Below, piece by piece: positions 10,601 to 23,340 of a stretch of 64,000 nt of DNA. The stretch lies in the NCBI GenBank assembly GCA_040954595.2, contig CM082579.2, positions 15,042,550-15,106,549 of the forward strand, written 5' to 3'. The stretch's first letter is position 1. Each line of letters begins with the position of its first letter. The position numbers and the translations under genes are program-made. The notes below the pieces were generated by a model, which worked only from the letters and a program-made list of their open reading frames with translations, did no database searches and was not told the DNA's origin. The stretch comes from Balanoglossus misakiensis (taxonomy: Eukaryota; Animalia; Hemichordata).

Positions 10601-13600
10601 GACTTTGCAAAATCTCAAAATTTCGTCCATTTTTGAATAAAAATCATGGGTAAAAATCATCAAAAATGACAAATTTTCGTCTTTGCAAAATCTCAAATTT
10701 TCGTCGATTTTTGAAAAAAAATCATGGTTGAAAATCATCAAAAAATTACAAATTTTCGACTTTGCAAAATCTCAAAATTTCGTCGATTTTTGTAACAAAT
10801 CATGGGTGAAAATCATCAAAAAATGACAAATTTTCGACTTTGCAAAATCTCAAAATTTAGTCGATTTTTGAAAAAAAATCATAGGTGAAAATCATCAAAA
10901 AATGACAAATTTTCGACTTTGCAAAATTTCAAAATTTCGTCAATTTTTGAAAAAATCATGGGTGAAAATCATCAAAAAATGACAAATTTTCGTCTATGCA
11001 AAATCTCAAAATTTCGTCGGTTTTTGAAAAATAATATGGTTGAAAATCATCAAAAAATGACAAAATTATCGACTTTGCAAAATCTCACAATTTCGTCGAT
11101 TTTTGAAAAAAATCATGGGTGAAAATCATCAAAAAATTACAAATTTTCGACTTTGCAAAATCTCAAAATTTCGTCGATTTTTGTAAAAAATCATGGGTGA
11201 AAATCATCAAAAAATGACAAATTTTCGACTTTGCAAAATCTCAAAATTTAGTCGATTTTTGAAAAAAAATCATAGGTGAAAATCATCAAAAAATGACAAA
11301 TTTTCGACTTTGCAAAATTTCAAAATTTCGTCAATTTTTGAAAAAATCATGGGTGAAAATCATCAAAAAATGACAAATTTTCGTCTATGCAAAATCTCAA
11401 AATTTCGTCGGTTTTTGAAAAATAATATGGTTGAAAATCATCAAAAAATGACAAAATTATCGACTTTGCAAAATCTCACAATTTCGTCGATTTTTGAAAA
11501 AAATCATGGGTGAAAATCATCAAAAAATTACAAATTTTCGACTTTGCAAAATCTCAACATTTCGTCGATTTTGAAAAAAACCATTGGGGGAAAATCATCA
11601 AAAAATGACAAATTTTCGAGTTTGCAAAATCTCAAAATTTCGTCGATTTTGAAAAAAAACCATTGGGGGAAAATCATCAAAAAATTACAAATTTTCGACT
11701 TTGCAAAATCTCAACATTTCGTCGATTTTTGAAAAAAATCATGGGTGAAAATCATCAAAAAATGACAAATTTTCGAAATTGCAAAATCTCAAAATTTCGT
11801 CGATTTTGAAAAAAATCATAGGTTCGTCGATTTTAAAAAAAAACATGGGTGAAAATCATCAAAAAATGACAAATTTTCGACTTTGCAAAATCTCAAAATT
11901 TCGTCGATTTTTGAAAAAAAATCATGGGTGAAAATCATCAAAAAATGACAAATTTTCGTCTTTGCAAAATCTCAAAATTTCGTCCATTTTTGAATAAAAA
12001 TCATGGGTAAAAATCATCAAAAATGACAAATTTTCGTCTTTGCAAAATCTCAAATTTTCGTCGATTTTTGAAAAAAAATCATGGTTGAAAATCATCAAAA
12101 AATGACAAAATTTTCGACTTTGCAAAATCTCAAAATTTCGTCGATTTTTGAAAAAAAATCATGGTAAAAATCATCAAAAAATGACAAATTTTCGACTTTG
12201 CAAAATCTCAAATTTTAGTCGATTTTTGAAAAAAAATCATAGGTGAAAATCATCAAAAAATGACAAATTTTCGACTTTGCAAAATCTCAAAATTTCGTCA
12301 ATTTTTGAAAAAAATCAGGGGTAAAAATCATCAAAAAATGACAAATTTTCGTCTTTGCTAAATCTCAAAATTTCGTCGGTTTTTGAAAAATAATATTGGT
12401 GAAAGTCATCAAAAAATGACAAATTTTCGTCTTTGCAAAATCTCAAATTTTCGTCGATTTTTGAAAAAAAATCATGGTTGAAAATCATCAAAAAATGACA
12501 AAATTTTCGACTTTGTAAAATCACAAAATTTCGTCGATTTTGAAAAAAATCATAGGTTCGTCGATTTTTAAAAAAAAACATGGGTGAAAATCATCAAAAA
12601 ATGACAAATTTTCGACTTTGCAAAATCTCAAAATTTCGTCGATTTTTGAAAAAAAATCATGGGTAAAAATCATCAAAAAATGACACATTTTCGATTATGC
12701 AAAATCTCAAAATTTCGTCGATTTTTGAAAAAAAATCATGGGTGAAAATCATCAAAAAATGACAAATTTTCGTCTTTGCAAAATCTCAAAATTTCGTCCA
12801 TTTTTGAATAAAAATCATGGGTAAAAATCATCAAAAATGACAAATTTTCGTCTTTGCAAAATCTCAAATTTTCGTCGATTTTTGAAAAAAAATCATGGTT
12901 GAAAATCATCAAAAAATGACAAAATTTTCGACTTTGTAAAATCAAAAAATTTCGTCGATTTTGAAAAAAATCATAGGTTCGTCGATTTTTAAAAAAAAAA
13001 CATGGGTGAAAATCATCAAAAAATGACAAATTTTCGTCTTTGCTAAATCTCAAAATTTCGTCCATTTTTGAAAAAAAAATCATGGGTAAAAATCATCAAA
13101 AAATGACAAATTTTCGTTTTTGCAAAATCTCAAAATTTCGTCCATTTTAAAAAAAAAACATGGGGGAAAATCATCAAAAAATGACAAATTTTCGACTTTG
13201 CAAAATCTCAAAATTTCGTCCATTTTTGAATAAAAATCATGGGTAAAAATCATCAAAAATGACAAATTTTCGTCTTTGCAAAATCTCAAATTTTCGTCGA
13301 TTTTTGAAAAAAAATCATGGTTGAAAATCATCAAAAAATTACAAATTTTCGACTTTGCAAAATCTCAAAATTTCGTCGATTTTTGTAAAAAATCATGGGT
13401 GAAAATCATCAAAAAATGACAAATTTTCGACTTTGCAAAATCTCAAAATTTAGTCGATTTTTGAAAAAAAATCATAGGTGAAAATCATCAAAAAATGACA
13501 AATTTTCGACTTTGCAAAATTTCAAAATTTCGTCAATTTTTGAAAAAATCATGGGTGAAAATCATCAAAAAATGACAAATTTTCGTCTATGCAAAATCTC

Positions 13601-16495
13601 AAAATTTCGTCGGTTTTTGAAAAATAATATGGTTGAAAATCATCAAAAAAATGACAAAATTATCGACTTTGCAAAATCTCACAATTTCGTCGATTTTTGA
13701 AAAAAATCATGGGTGAAAATCATCAAAAAATTACAAATTTTCGACTTTGCAAAATCTCAAAATTTCGTCGATTTTTGTAAAAAATCATGGGTGAAAATCA
13801 TCAAAAAATGACAAATTTTCGACTTTGCAAAATCTCAAAATTTAGTCGATTTTTGAAAAAAAATCATAGGTGAAAATCATCAAAAAATGACAAATTTTCG
13901 ACTTTGCAAAATTTCAAAATTTCGTCAATTTTTGAAAAAATCATGGGTGAAAATCATCAAAAAATGACAAATTTTCGTCTATGCAAAATCTCAAAATTTC
14001 GTCGGTTTTTGAAAAATAATATGGTTGAAAATCATCAAAAAATGACAAAATTATCGACTTTGCAAAATCTCACAATTTCGTCGATTTTTGAAAAAAATCA
14101 TGGGTGAAAATCATCAAAAAATTACAAATTTTCGACTTTGCAAAATCTCAACATTTCGTCGATTTTGAAAAAAACCATTGGGGGAAAATCATCAAAAAAT
14201 GACAAATTTTCGAGTTTGCAAAATCTCAAAATTTCGTCGATTTTGAAAAAAAACCATTGGGGGAAAATCATCAAAAAATTACAAATTTTCGACTTTGCAA
14301 AATCTCAACATTTCGTCGATTTTTGAAAAAAATCATGGGTGAAAATCATCAAAAAATGACAAATTTTCGAAATTGCAAAATCTCAAAATTTCGTCGATTT
14401 TGAAAAAAATCATAGGTTCGTCGATTTTAAAAAAAAACATGGGTGAAAATCATCAAAAAATGACAAATTTTCGACTTTGCAAAATCTCAAAATTTCGTCG
14501 ATTTTTGAAAAAAAATCATGGGTGAAAATCATCAAAAAATGACAAATTTTCGTCTTTGCAAAATCTCAAAATTTCGTCCATTTTTGAATAAAAATCATGG
14601 GTAAAAATCATCAAAAATGACAAATTTTCGTCTTTGCAAAATCTCAAATTTTCGTCGATTTTTGAAAAAAAATCATGGTTGAAAATCATCAAAAAATGAC
14701 AAAATTTTCGACTTTGTAAAATCAAAAAATTTCGTCGATTTTGAAAAAAATCATAGGTTCGTCGATTTTTAAAAAAAAAACATGGGTGAAAATCATCAAA
14801 AAATGACAAATTTTCGTCTTTGCTAAATCTCAAAATTTCGTCCATTTTTGAAAAAAAAATCATGGGTAAAAATCATCAAAAAATGACAAATTTTCGTTTT
14901 TGCAAAATCTCAAAATTTCGTCCATTTTAAAAAAAAAACATGGGGGAAAATCATCAAAAAATGACAAATTTTCGACTTTGCAAAATCTCAAAATTTCGTC
15001 CATTTTTGAATAAAAATCATGGGTAAAAATCATCAAAAATGACAAATTTTCGTCTTTGCAAAATCTCAAATTTTCGTCGATTTTTGAAAAAAAATCATGG
15101 TTGAAAATCATCAAAAAATTACAAATTTTCGACTTTGCAAAATCTCAAAATTTCGTCGATTTTTGTAACAAATCATGGGTGAAAATCATCAAAAAATGAC
15201 AAATTTTCGACTTTGCAAAATCTCAAAATTTAGTCGATTTTTGAAAAAAAATCATAGGTGAAAATCATCAAAAAATGACAAATTTTCGACTTTGCAAAAT
15301 TTCAAAATTTCGTCAATTTTTGAAAAAATCATGGGTGAAAATCATCAAAAAATGACAAATTTTCGTCTATGCAAAATCTCAAAATTTCGTCGGTTTTTGA
15401 AAAATAATATGGTTGAAAATCATCAAAAAATGACAAAATTATCGACTTTGCAAAATCTCACAATTTCGTCGATTTTTGAAAAAAATCATGGGTGAAAATC
15501 ATCAAAAAATTACAAATTTTCGACTTTGCAAAATCTCAAAATTTCGTCGATTTTTGTAAAAAATCATGGGTGAAAATCATCAAAAAATGACAAATTTTCG
15601 ACTTTGCAAAATCTCAAAATTTAGTCGATTTTTGAAAAAAAATCATAGGTGAAAATCATCAAAAAATGACAAATTTTCGACTTTGCAAAATTTCAAAATT
15701 TCGTCAATTTTTGAAAAAATCATGGGTGAAAATCATCAAAAAATGACAAATTTTCGTCTATGCAAAATCTCAAAATTTCGTCGGTTTTTGAAAAATAATA
15801 TGGTTGAAAATCATCAAAAAATGACAAAATTATCGACTTTGCAAAATCTCACAATTTCGTCGATTTTTGAAAAAAATCATGGGTGAAAATCATCAAAAAA
15901 TTACAAATTTTCGACTTTGCAAAATCTCAACATTTCGTCGATTTTGAAAAAAACCATTGGGGGAAAATCATCAAAAAATGACAAATTTTCGAGTTTGCAA
16001 AATCTCAAAATTTCGTCGATTTTGAAAAAAAACCATTGGGGGAAAATCATCAAAAAATTACAAATTTTCGACTTTGCAAAATCTCAACATTTCGTCGATT
16101 TTTGAAAAAAATCATGGGTGAAAATCATCAAAAAATGACAAATTTTCGAAATTGCAAAATCTCAAAATTTCGTCGATTTTGAAAAAAATCATAGGTTCGT
16201 CGATTTTAAAAAAAAACATGGGTGAAAATCATCAAAAAATGACAAATTTTCGACTTTGCAAAATCTCAAAATTTCGTCGATTTTTGAAAAAAAATCATGG
16301 GTGAAAATCATCAAAAAATGACAAATTTTCGTCTTTGCAAAATCTCAAAATTTCGTCCATTTTTGAATAAAAATCATGGGTAAAAATCATCAAAAATGAC
16401 AAATTTTCGTCTTTGCAAAATCTCAAATTTTCGTCGATTTTTGAAAAAAAATCATGGTTGAAAATCATCAAAAAATGACAAAATTTTCGACTTTG
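7628..16495. repeat. Tandem duplication, period ~4373 bp, 2 copies, each containing two ~1779-bp HOR units
   Basis: ORF offsets of 4373 from 8363/12736 through 11922/16295. Private variants TGTAACAAAT at 10791 and 15164, and an A7 CAAAAAAATG near 9271 and 13644. Confidence 0.92.
8521..8627 (+). repeat. Long ~105-107-bp monomer variant with internal ~27-bp tandem duplication (example; found throughout)
   Basis: TTCGTCGATTTTGAAAAAAATCATAGG is followed immediately by TTCGTCGATTTTTAAAAAAAAAACATGGG. Confidence 0.9.
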
Positions 16496-19400
16496 TAAAA
16501 TCAAAAAATTTCGTCGATTTTGAAAAAAATCATAGGTTCGTCGATTTTTAAAAAAAAAACATGGGTGAAAATCATCAAAAAATGACAAATTTTCGTCTTT
16601 GCTAAATCTCAAAATTTCGTCCATTTTTGAAAAAAAAATCATGGGTAAAAATCATCAAAAAATGACAAATTTTCGTTTTTGCAAAATCTCAAAATTTCGT
16701 CCATTTTAAAAAAAAAACATGGGGGAAAATCATCAAAAAATGACAAATTTTCGACTTTGCAAAATCTCAAAATTTCGTCCATTTTTGAATAAAAATCATG
16801 GGTAAAAATCATCAAAAATGACAAATTTTCGTCTTTGCAAAATCTCAAATTTTCGTCGATTTTTGAAAAAAAATCATGGTTGAAAATCATCAAAAAATTA
16901 CAAATTTTCGACTTTGCAAAATCTCAAAATTTCGTCGATTTTTGTAAAAAATCATGGGTGAAAATCATCAAAAAATGACAAATTTTCGACTTTGCAAAAT
17001 CTCAAAATTTAGTCGATTTTTGAAAAAAAATCATAGGTGAAAATCATCAAAAAATGACAAATTTTCGACTTTGCAAAATTTCAAAATTTCGTCAATTTTT
17101 GAAAAAATCATGGGTGAAAATCATCAAAAAATGACAAATTTATCGACTTTGCAAAATCTCACAATTTCGTCGATTTTTGAAAAAAATCATGGGTGAAAAT
17201 CATCAAAAAATTACAAATTTTCGACTTTGCAAAATCTCAACATTTCGTCGATTTTTGAAAAAAATCATGGGTGAAAATCATCAAAAAATGACAAATTTTC
17301 GACTTTGCAAAATCTCAAAATTTTGTCGATTTTGAAAAAAATCATAGGTTCGTCGATTTAAAAAAAAAAACATGGGTGAAAATCATCAAAAAATGACAAA
17401 TTTTCGACTTTGCAAAATCTCAAAATTTAGTCGATTTTTGAAAAAAAATCATAGGTGAAAATCATCAAAAAATGACAAATTTTCGACTTTGCAAAATTTC
17501 AAAATTTCGTCAATTTTTGAAAAAATCATGGGTGAAAATCATCAAAAAATGACAAATTTTCGTCTATGCAAAATCTCAAAATTTCGTCGGTTTTTGAAAA
17601 ATAATATGGTTGAAAATCATCAAAAAATGACAAAATTATCGACTTTGCAAAATCTCACAATTTCGTCGATTTTTGAAAAAAATCATGGGTGAAAATCATC
17701 AAAAAATTACAAATTTTCGACTTTGCAAAATCTCAACATTTCGTCGATTTTGAAAAAAACCATTGGGGGAAAATCATCAAAAAATGACAAATTTTCGAGT
17801 TTGCAAAATCTCACAATTTCGTCGATTTTGAAAAAAAACCATTGGGGGAAAATCATCAAAAAATTACAAATTTTCGACTTTGCAAAATCTCAACATTTCG
17901 TCGATTTTTGAAAAAAATCATGGGTGAAAATCATCAAAAAATGACAAATTTTCGACTTTGCAAAATCTCAAAATTTCGTCGATTTTGAAAAAAATCATAG
18001 GTTCGTCGATTTTTAAAAAAAAACATGGGTGAAAATCATCAAAAAATGACAAATTTTCGACTTTGCAAAATCTCAAAATTTCGTCGATTTTTGAAAAAAA
18101 ATCATGGGTGAAAATCATCAAAAAATGACAAATTTTCGTCTTTGCAAAATCTCAAAATTTCGTCCATTTTTGAATAAAAATCATGGGTAAAAATCATCAA
18201 AAATGACAAATTTTCGTCTTTGCAAAATCTCAAATTTTCGTCGATTTTTGAAAAAAAATCATGGTTGAAAATCATCAAAAAATGACAAAATTTTCGACTT
18301 TGTAAAATCAAAAAATTTCGTCGATTTTGAAAAAAATCATAGGTTCGTCGATTTTTAAAAAAAAACATGGGTGAAAATCATCAAAAAATGACAAATTTTC
18401 GTCTTTGCTAAATCTCAAAATTTCGTCCATTTTTGAAAAAAAAATCATGGGTAAAAATCATCAAAAAATGACAAATTTTCGTTTTTGCAAAATCTCAAAA
18501 TTTCGTCCATTTTAAAAAAAAAACATGGGGGAAAATCATCAAAAAATGACAAATTTTCGACTTTGCAAAATCTCAAAATTTCGTCCATTTTTGAATAAAA
18601 ATCATGGGTAAAAATCATCAAAAATGACAAATTTTCGTCTTTGCAAAATCTCAAATTTTCGTCGATTTTTGAAAAAAAATCATGGTTGAAAATCATCAAA
18701 AAATTACAAATTTTCGACTTTGCAAAATCTCAAAATTTCGTCGATTTTTGTAAAAAATCATGGGTGAAAATCATCAAAAAATGACAAATTTTCGACTTTG
18801 CAAAATCTCAAAATTTAGTCGATTTTTGAAAAAAAATCATAGGTGAAAATCATCAAAAAATGACAAATTTTCGACTTTGCAAAATTTCAAAATTTCGTCA
18901 ATTTTTGAAAAAATCATGGGTGAAAATCATCAAAAAATGACAAATTTTCGTCTATGCAAAATCTCAAAATTTCGTCGGTTTTTGAAAAATAATATGGTTG
19001 AAAATCATCAAAAAATGACAAAATTATCGACTTTGCAAAATCTCACAATTTCGTCGATTTTTGAAAAAAATCATGGGTGAAAATCATCAAAAAATTACAA
19101 ATTTTCGACTTTGCAAAATCTCAACATTTCGTCGATTTTTGAAAAAAATCATGGGTGAAAATCATCAAAAAATGACAAATTTTCGACTTTGCAAAATCTC
19201 AAAATTTCGTCGATTTTGAAAAAAATCATAGGTTCGTCGATTTAAAAAAAAAAACATGGGTGAAAATCATCAAAAAATGACAAATTTTCGACTTTGCAAA
19301 ATCTCAAAATTTAGTCGATTTTTGAAAAAAAATCATAGGTGAAAATCATCAAAAAATGACAAATTTTCGACTTTGCAAAATTTCAAAATTTCGTCAATTT

Positions 19401-22400
19401 TTGAAAAATCATGGGTGAAAATCATCAAAAAATGACAAATTTTCGTCTATGCAAAATCTCAAAATTTCGTCGGTTTTTGAAAAATAATATGGTTGAAATC
19501 ATCAAAAAATGACAAAATTATCGACTTTGCAAAATCTCACAATTCGTCGATTTTTGAAAAAAATCATGGGTGAAAATCATCAAAAAATTACAAATTTTCG
19601 ACTTTGCAAAATCTCAACATTTCGTCGATTTTGAAAAAAACCATTGGGGGAAAATCATCAAAAAATGACAAATTTTCGAGTTTGCAAAATCTCAAAATTT
19701 CGTCGATTTTGAAAAAAAACCATTGGGGGAAAATCATCAAAAAATTACAAATTTTCGACTTTGCAAAATCTCAACATTTCGTCGATTTTTGAAAAAAATC
19801 ATGGGTGAAAATCATCAAAAAATGACAAATTTTCGAAATTGCAAAATCTCAAAATTTCGTCGATTTTGAAAAAAATCATAGGTTCGTCGATTTTAAAAAA
19901 AAACATGGGTGAAAATCATCAAAAAATGACAAATTTTCGACTTTGCAAAATCTCAAAATTTCGTCGATTTTTGAAAAAAAATCATGGGTGAAAATCATCA
20001 AAAAATGACAATTTTTCGTCTTTGCAAAATCTCAAAATTTCGTCCATTTTTGAATAAAAATCATGGGTAAAAATCATCAAAAATGACAAATTTTCGTCTT
20101 TGCAAAATCTCAAATTTTCGTCGATTTTTGAAAAAAAATCATGGTTGAAAATCATCAAAAAATGACAAAATTTTCGACTTTGTAAAATCAAAAAATTTCG
20201 TCGATTTTGAAAAAAATCATAGGTTCGTCGATTTTTAAAAAAAAAACATGGGTGAAAATCATCAAAAAATGACAAATTTTCGTCTTTGCTAAATCTCAAA
20301 ATTTCGTCCATTTTTGAAAAAAAAATCATGGGTAAAAATCATCAAAAAATGACAAATTTTCGTTTTTGCAAAATCTCAAAATTTCGTCCATTTTAAAAAA
20401 AAAACATGGGGGAAAATCATCAAAAAATGACAAATTTTCGACTTTGCAAAATCTCAAAATTTCGTCCATTTTTGAATAAAAATCATGGGTAAAAATCATC
20501 AAAAATGACAAATTTTCGTCTTTGCAAAATCTCAAATTTTCGTCGATTTTTGAAAAAAAAATCATGGTTGAAAATCATCAAAAAATTACAAATTTTCGAC
20601 TTTGCAAAATCTCAAAATTTCGTCGATTTTTGTAAAAAATCATGGGTGAAAATCATCAAAAAATGACAAATTTTCGACTTTGCAAAATCTCAAAATTTAG
20701 TCGATTTTTGAAAAAAAATCATAGGTGAAAATCATCAAAAAATGACAAATTTTCGACTTTGCAAAATTTCAAAATTTCGTCAATTTTTGAAAAAATCATG
20801 GGTGAAAATCATCAAAAAATGACAAATTTATCGACTTTGCAAAATCTCACAATTTCGTCGATTTTTGAAAAAAATCATGGGTGAAAATCATCAAAAAATT
20901 ACAAATTTTCGACTTTGCAAAATCTCAACATTTCGTCGATTTTTGAAAAAAATCATGGGTGAAAATCATCAAAAAATGACAAATTTTCGACTTTGCAAAA
21001 TCTCAAAATTTTGTCGATTTTGAAAAAAATCATAGGTTCGTCGATTTAAAAAAAAAAACATGGGTGAAAATCATCAAAAAATGACAAATTTTCGACTTTG
21101 CAAAATCTCAAAATTTAGTCGATTTTTGAAAAAAAATCATAGGTGAAAATCATCAAAAAATGACAAATTTTCGACTTTGCAAAATTTCAAAATTTCGTCA
21201 ATTTTTGAAAAAATCATGGGTGAAAATCATCAAAAAATGACAAATTTTCGTCTATGCAAAATCTCAAAATTTCGTCGGTTTTTGAAAAATAATATGGTTG
21301 AAAATCATCAAAAAATGACAAAATTATCGACTTTGCAAAATCTCACAATTTCGTCGATTTTTGAAAAAAATCATGGGTGAAAATCATCAAAAAATTACAA
21401 ATTTTCGACTTTGCAAAATCTCAACATTTCGTCGATTTTGAAAAAAACCATTGGGGGAAAATCATCAAAAAATGACAAATTTTCGAGTTTGCAAAATCTC
21501 ACAATTTCGTCGATTTTGAAAAAAAACCATTGGGGGAAAATCATCAAAAAATTACAAATTTTCGACTTTGCAAAATCTCAACATTTCGTCGATTTTTGAA
21601 AAAAATCATGGGTGAAAATCATCAAAAAATGACAAATTTTCGACTTTGCAAAATCTCAAAATTTCGTCGATTTTGAAAAAAATCATAGGTTCGTCGATTT
21701 TTAAAAAAAAACATGGGTGAAAATCATCAAAAAATGACAAATTTTCGACTTTGCAAAATCTCAAAATTTCGTCGATTTTTGAAAAAAAATCATGGGTGAA
21801 AATCATCAAAAAATGACAAATTTTCGTCTTTGCAAAATCTCAAAATTTCGTCCATTTTTGAATAAAAATCATGGGTAAAAATCATCAAAAATGACAAATT
21901 TTCGTCTTTGCAAAATCTCAAATTTTCGTCGATTTTTGAAAAAAAATCATGGTTGAAAATCATCAAAAAATGACAAAATTTTCGACTTTGTAAAATCAAA
22001 AAATTTCGTCGATTTTGAAAAAAATCATAGGTTCGTCGATTTTTAAAAAAAAACATGGGTGAAAATCATCAAAAAATGACAAATTTTCGTCTTTGCTAAA
22101 TCTCAAAATTTCGTCCATTTTTGAAAAAAAAATCATGGGTAAAAATCATCAAAAAATGACAAATTTTCGTTTTTGCAAAATCTCAAAATTTCGTCCATTT
22201 TAAAAAAAAAACATGGGGGAAAATCATCAAAAAATGACAAATTTTCGACTTTGCAAAATCTCAAAATTTCGTCCATTTTTGAATAAAAATCATGGGTAAA
22301 AATCATCAAAAATGACAAATTTTCGTCTTTGCAAAATCTCAAATTTTCGTCGATTTTTGAAAAAAAATCATGGTTGAAAATCATCAAAAAATTACAAATT

Positions 22401-22993
22401 TTCGACTTTGCAAAATCTCAAAATTTCGTCGATTTTTGTAAAAAATCATGGGTGAAAATCATCAAAAAATGACAAATTTTCGACTTTGCAAAATCTCAAA
22501 ATTTAGTCGATTTTTGAAAAAAAATCATAGGTGAAAATCATCAAAAAATGACAAATTTTCGACTTTGCAAAATTTCAAAATTTCGTCAATTTTTGAAAAA
22601 ATCATGGGTGAAAATCATCAAAAAATGACAAATTTTCGTCTATGCAAAATCTCAAAATTTCGTCGGTTTTTGAAAAATAATATGGTTGAAAATCATCAAA
22701 AAATGACAAAATTATCGACTTTGCAAAATCTCACAATTTCGTCGATTTTTGAAAAAAATCATGGGTGAAAATCATCAAAAAATTACAAATTTTCGACTTT
22801 GCAAAATCTCAACATTTCGTCGATTTTTGAAAAAAATCATGGGTGAAAATCATCAAAAAATGACAAATTTTCGACTTTGCAAAATCTCAAAATTTCGTCG
22901 ATTTTGAAAAAAATCATAGGTTCGTCGATTTAAAAAAAAAAACATGGGTGAAAATCATCAAAAAATGACAAATTTTCGACTTTGCAAAATCTC
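15565..22993. repeat. Tandem duplication, period ~3688 bp, 2 copies
   Basis: ORF offsets of 3687-3688 (15917/19604, 17489/21177, 18877/22565). Private hybrid GACAAATTTATCG at 17133 and 20821. Confidence 0.9.
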
Positions 22994-23340
22994 ACAATTT
23001 CGTCGATTTTTGAAAAAAATCATGGGAGAAAATCATCAAAAAATGACAAATTTTCGACTTTGCAAAATCTCAACATTTCGTCGATTTTTGAAAAAAATCA
23101 TGTGTGAAAATCATCAAAAAATGACAAATTTTCGACTTTGCAAAATCTCAACATTTCGTCGATTTTGAAAAAAACCATTGGGGGAAAATCATCAAAAAAT
23201 GACAAATTTTCGAGTTTGCAAAATCTCAACATTTCGTCGATTTTTGAAAAAAATCATGGGTGAAAATCATCAAAAAATGACAAATTTTCGACTTTGCAAA
23301 ATCTCAAAATTTCGTCGATTTTGAAAAAAATCATAGGTTC

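Larger units (their letters stand above)
8361..23340. repeat. Satellite variant domain B (first occurrence), built on a ~1779-bp 22-mer HOR and derivatives
   Basis: Markers: TTTTTGTAAAAAATC, GCAAAATTTCAAAA, CGTCTATGC, AAAATTATCG, ACCATTGGGGG, CGAGTTTGC, CGAAATTGC. Offsets 8363/10143 (1780), 12736/14516 (1780), 14516/16295 (1779). I counted 22 units between 8364 and 10143. Confidence 0.85.
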
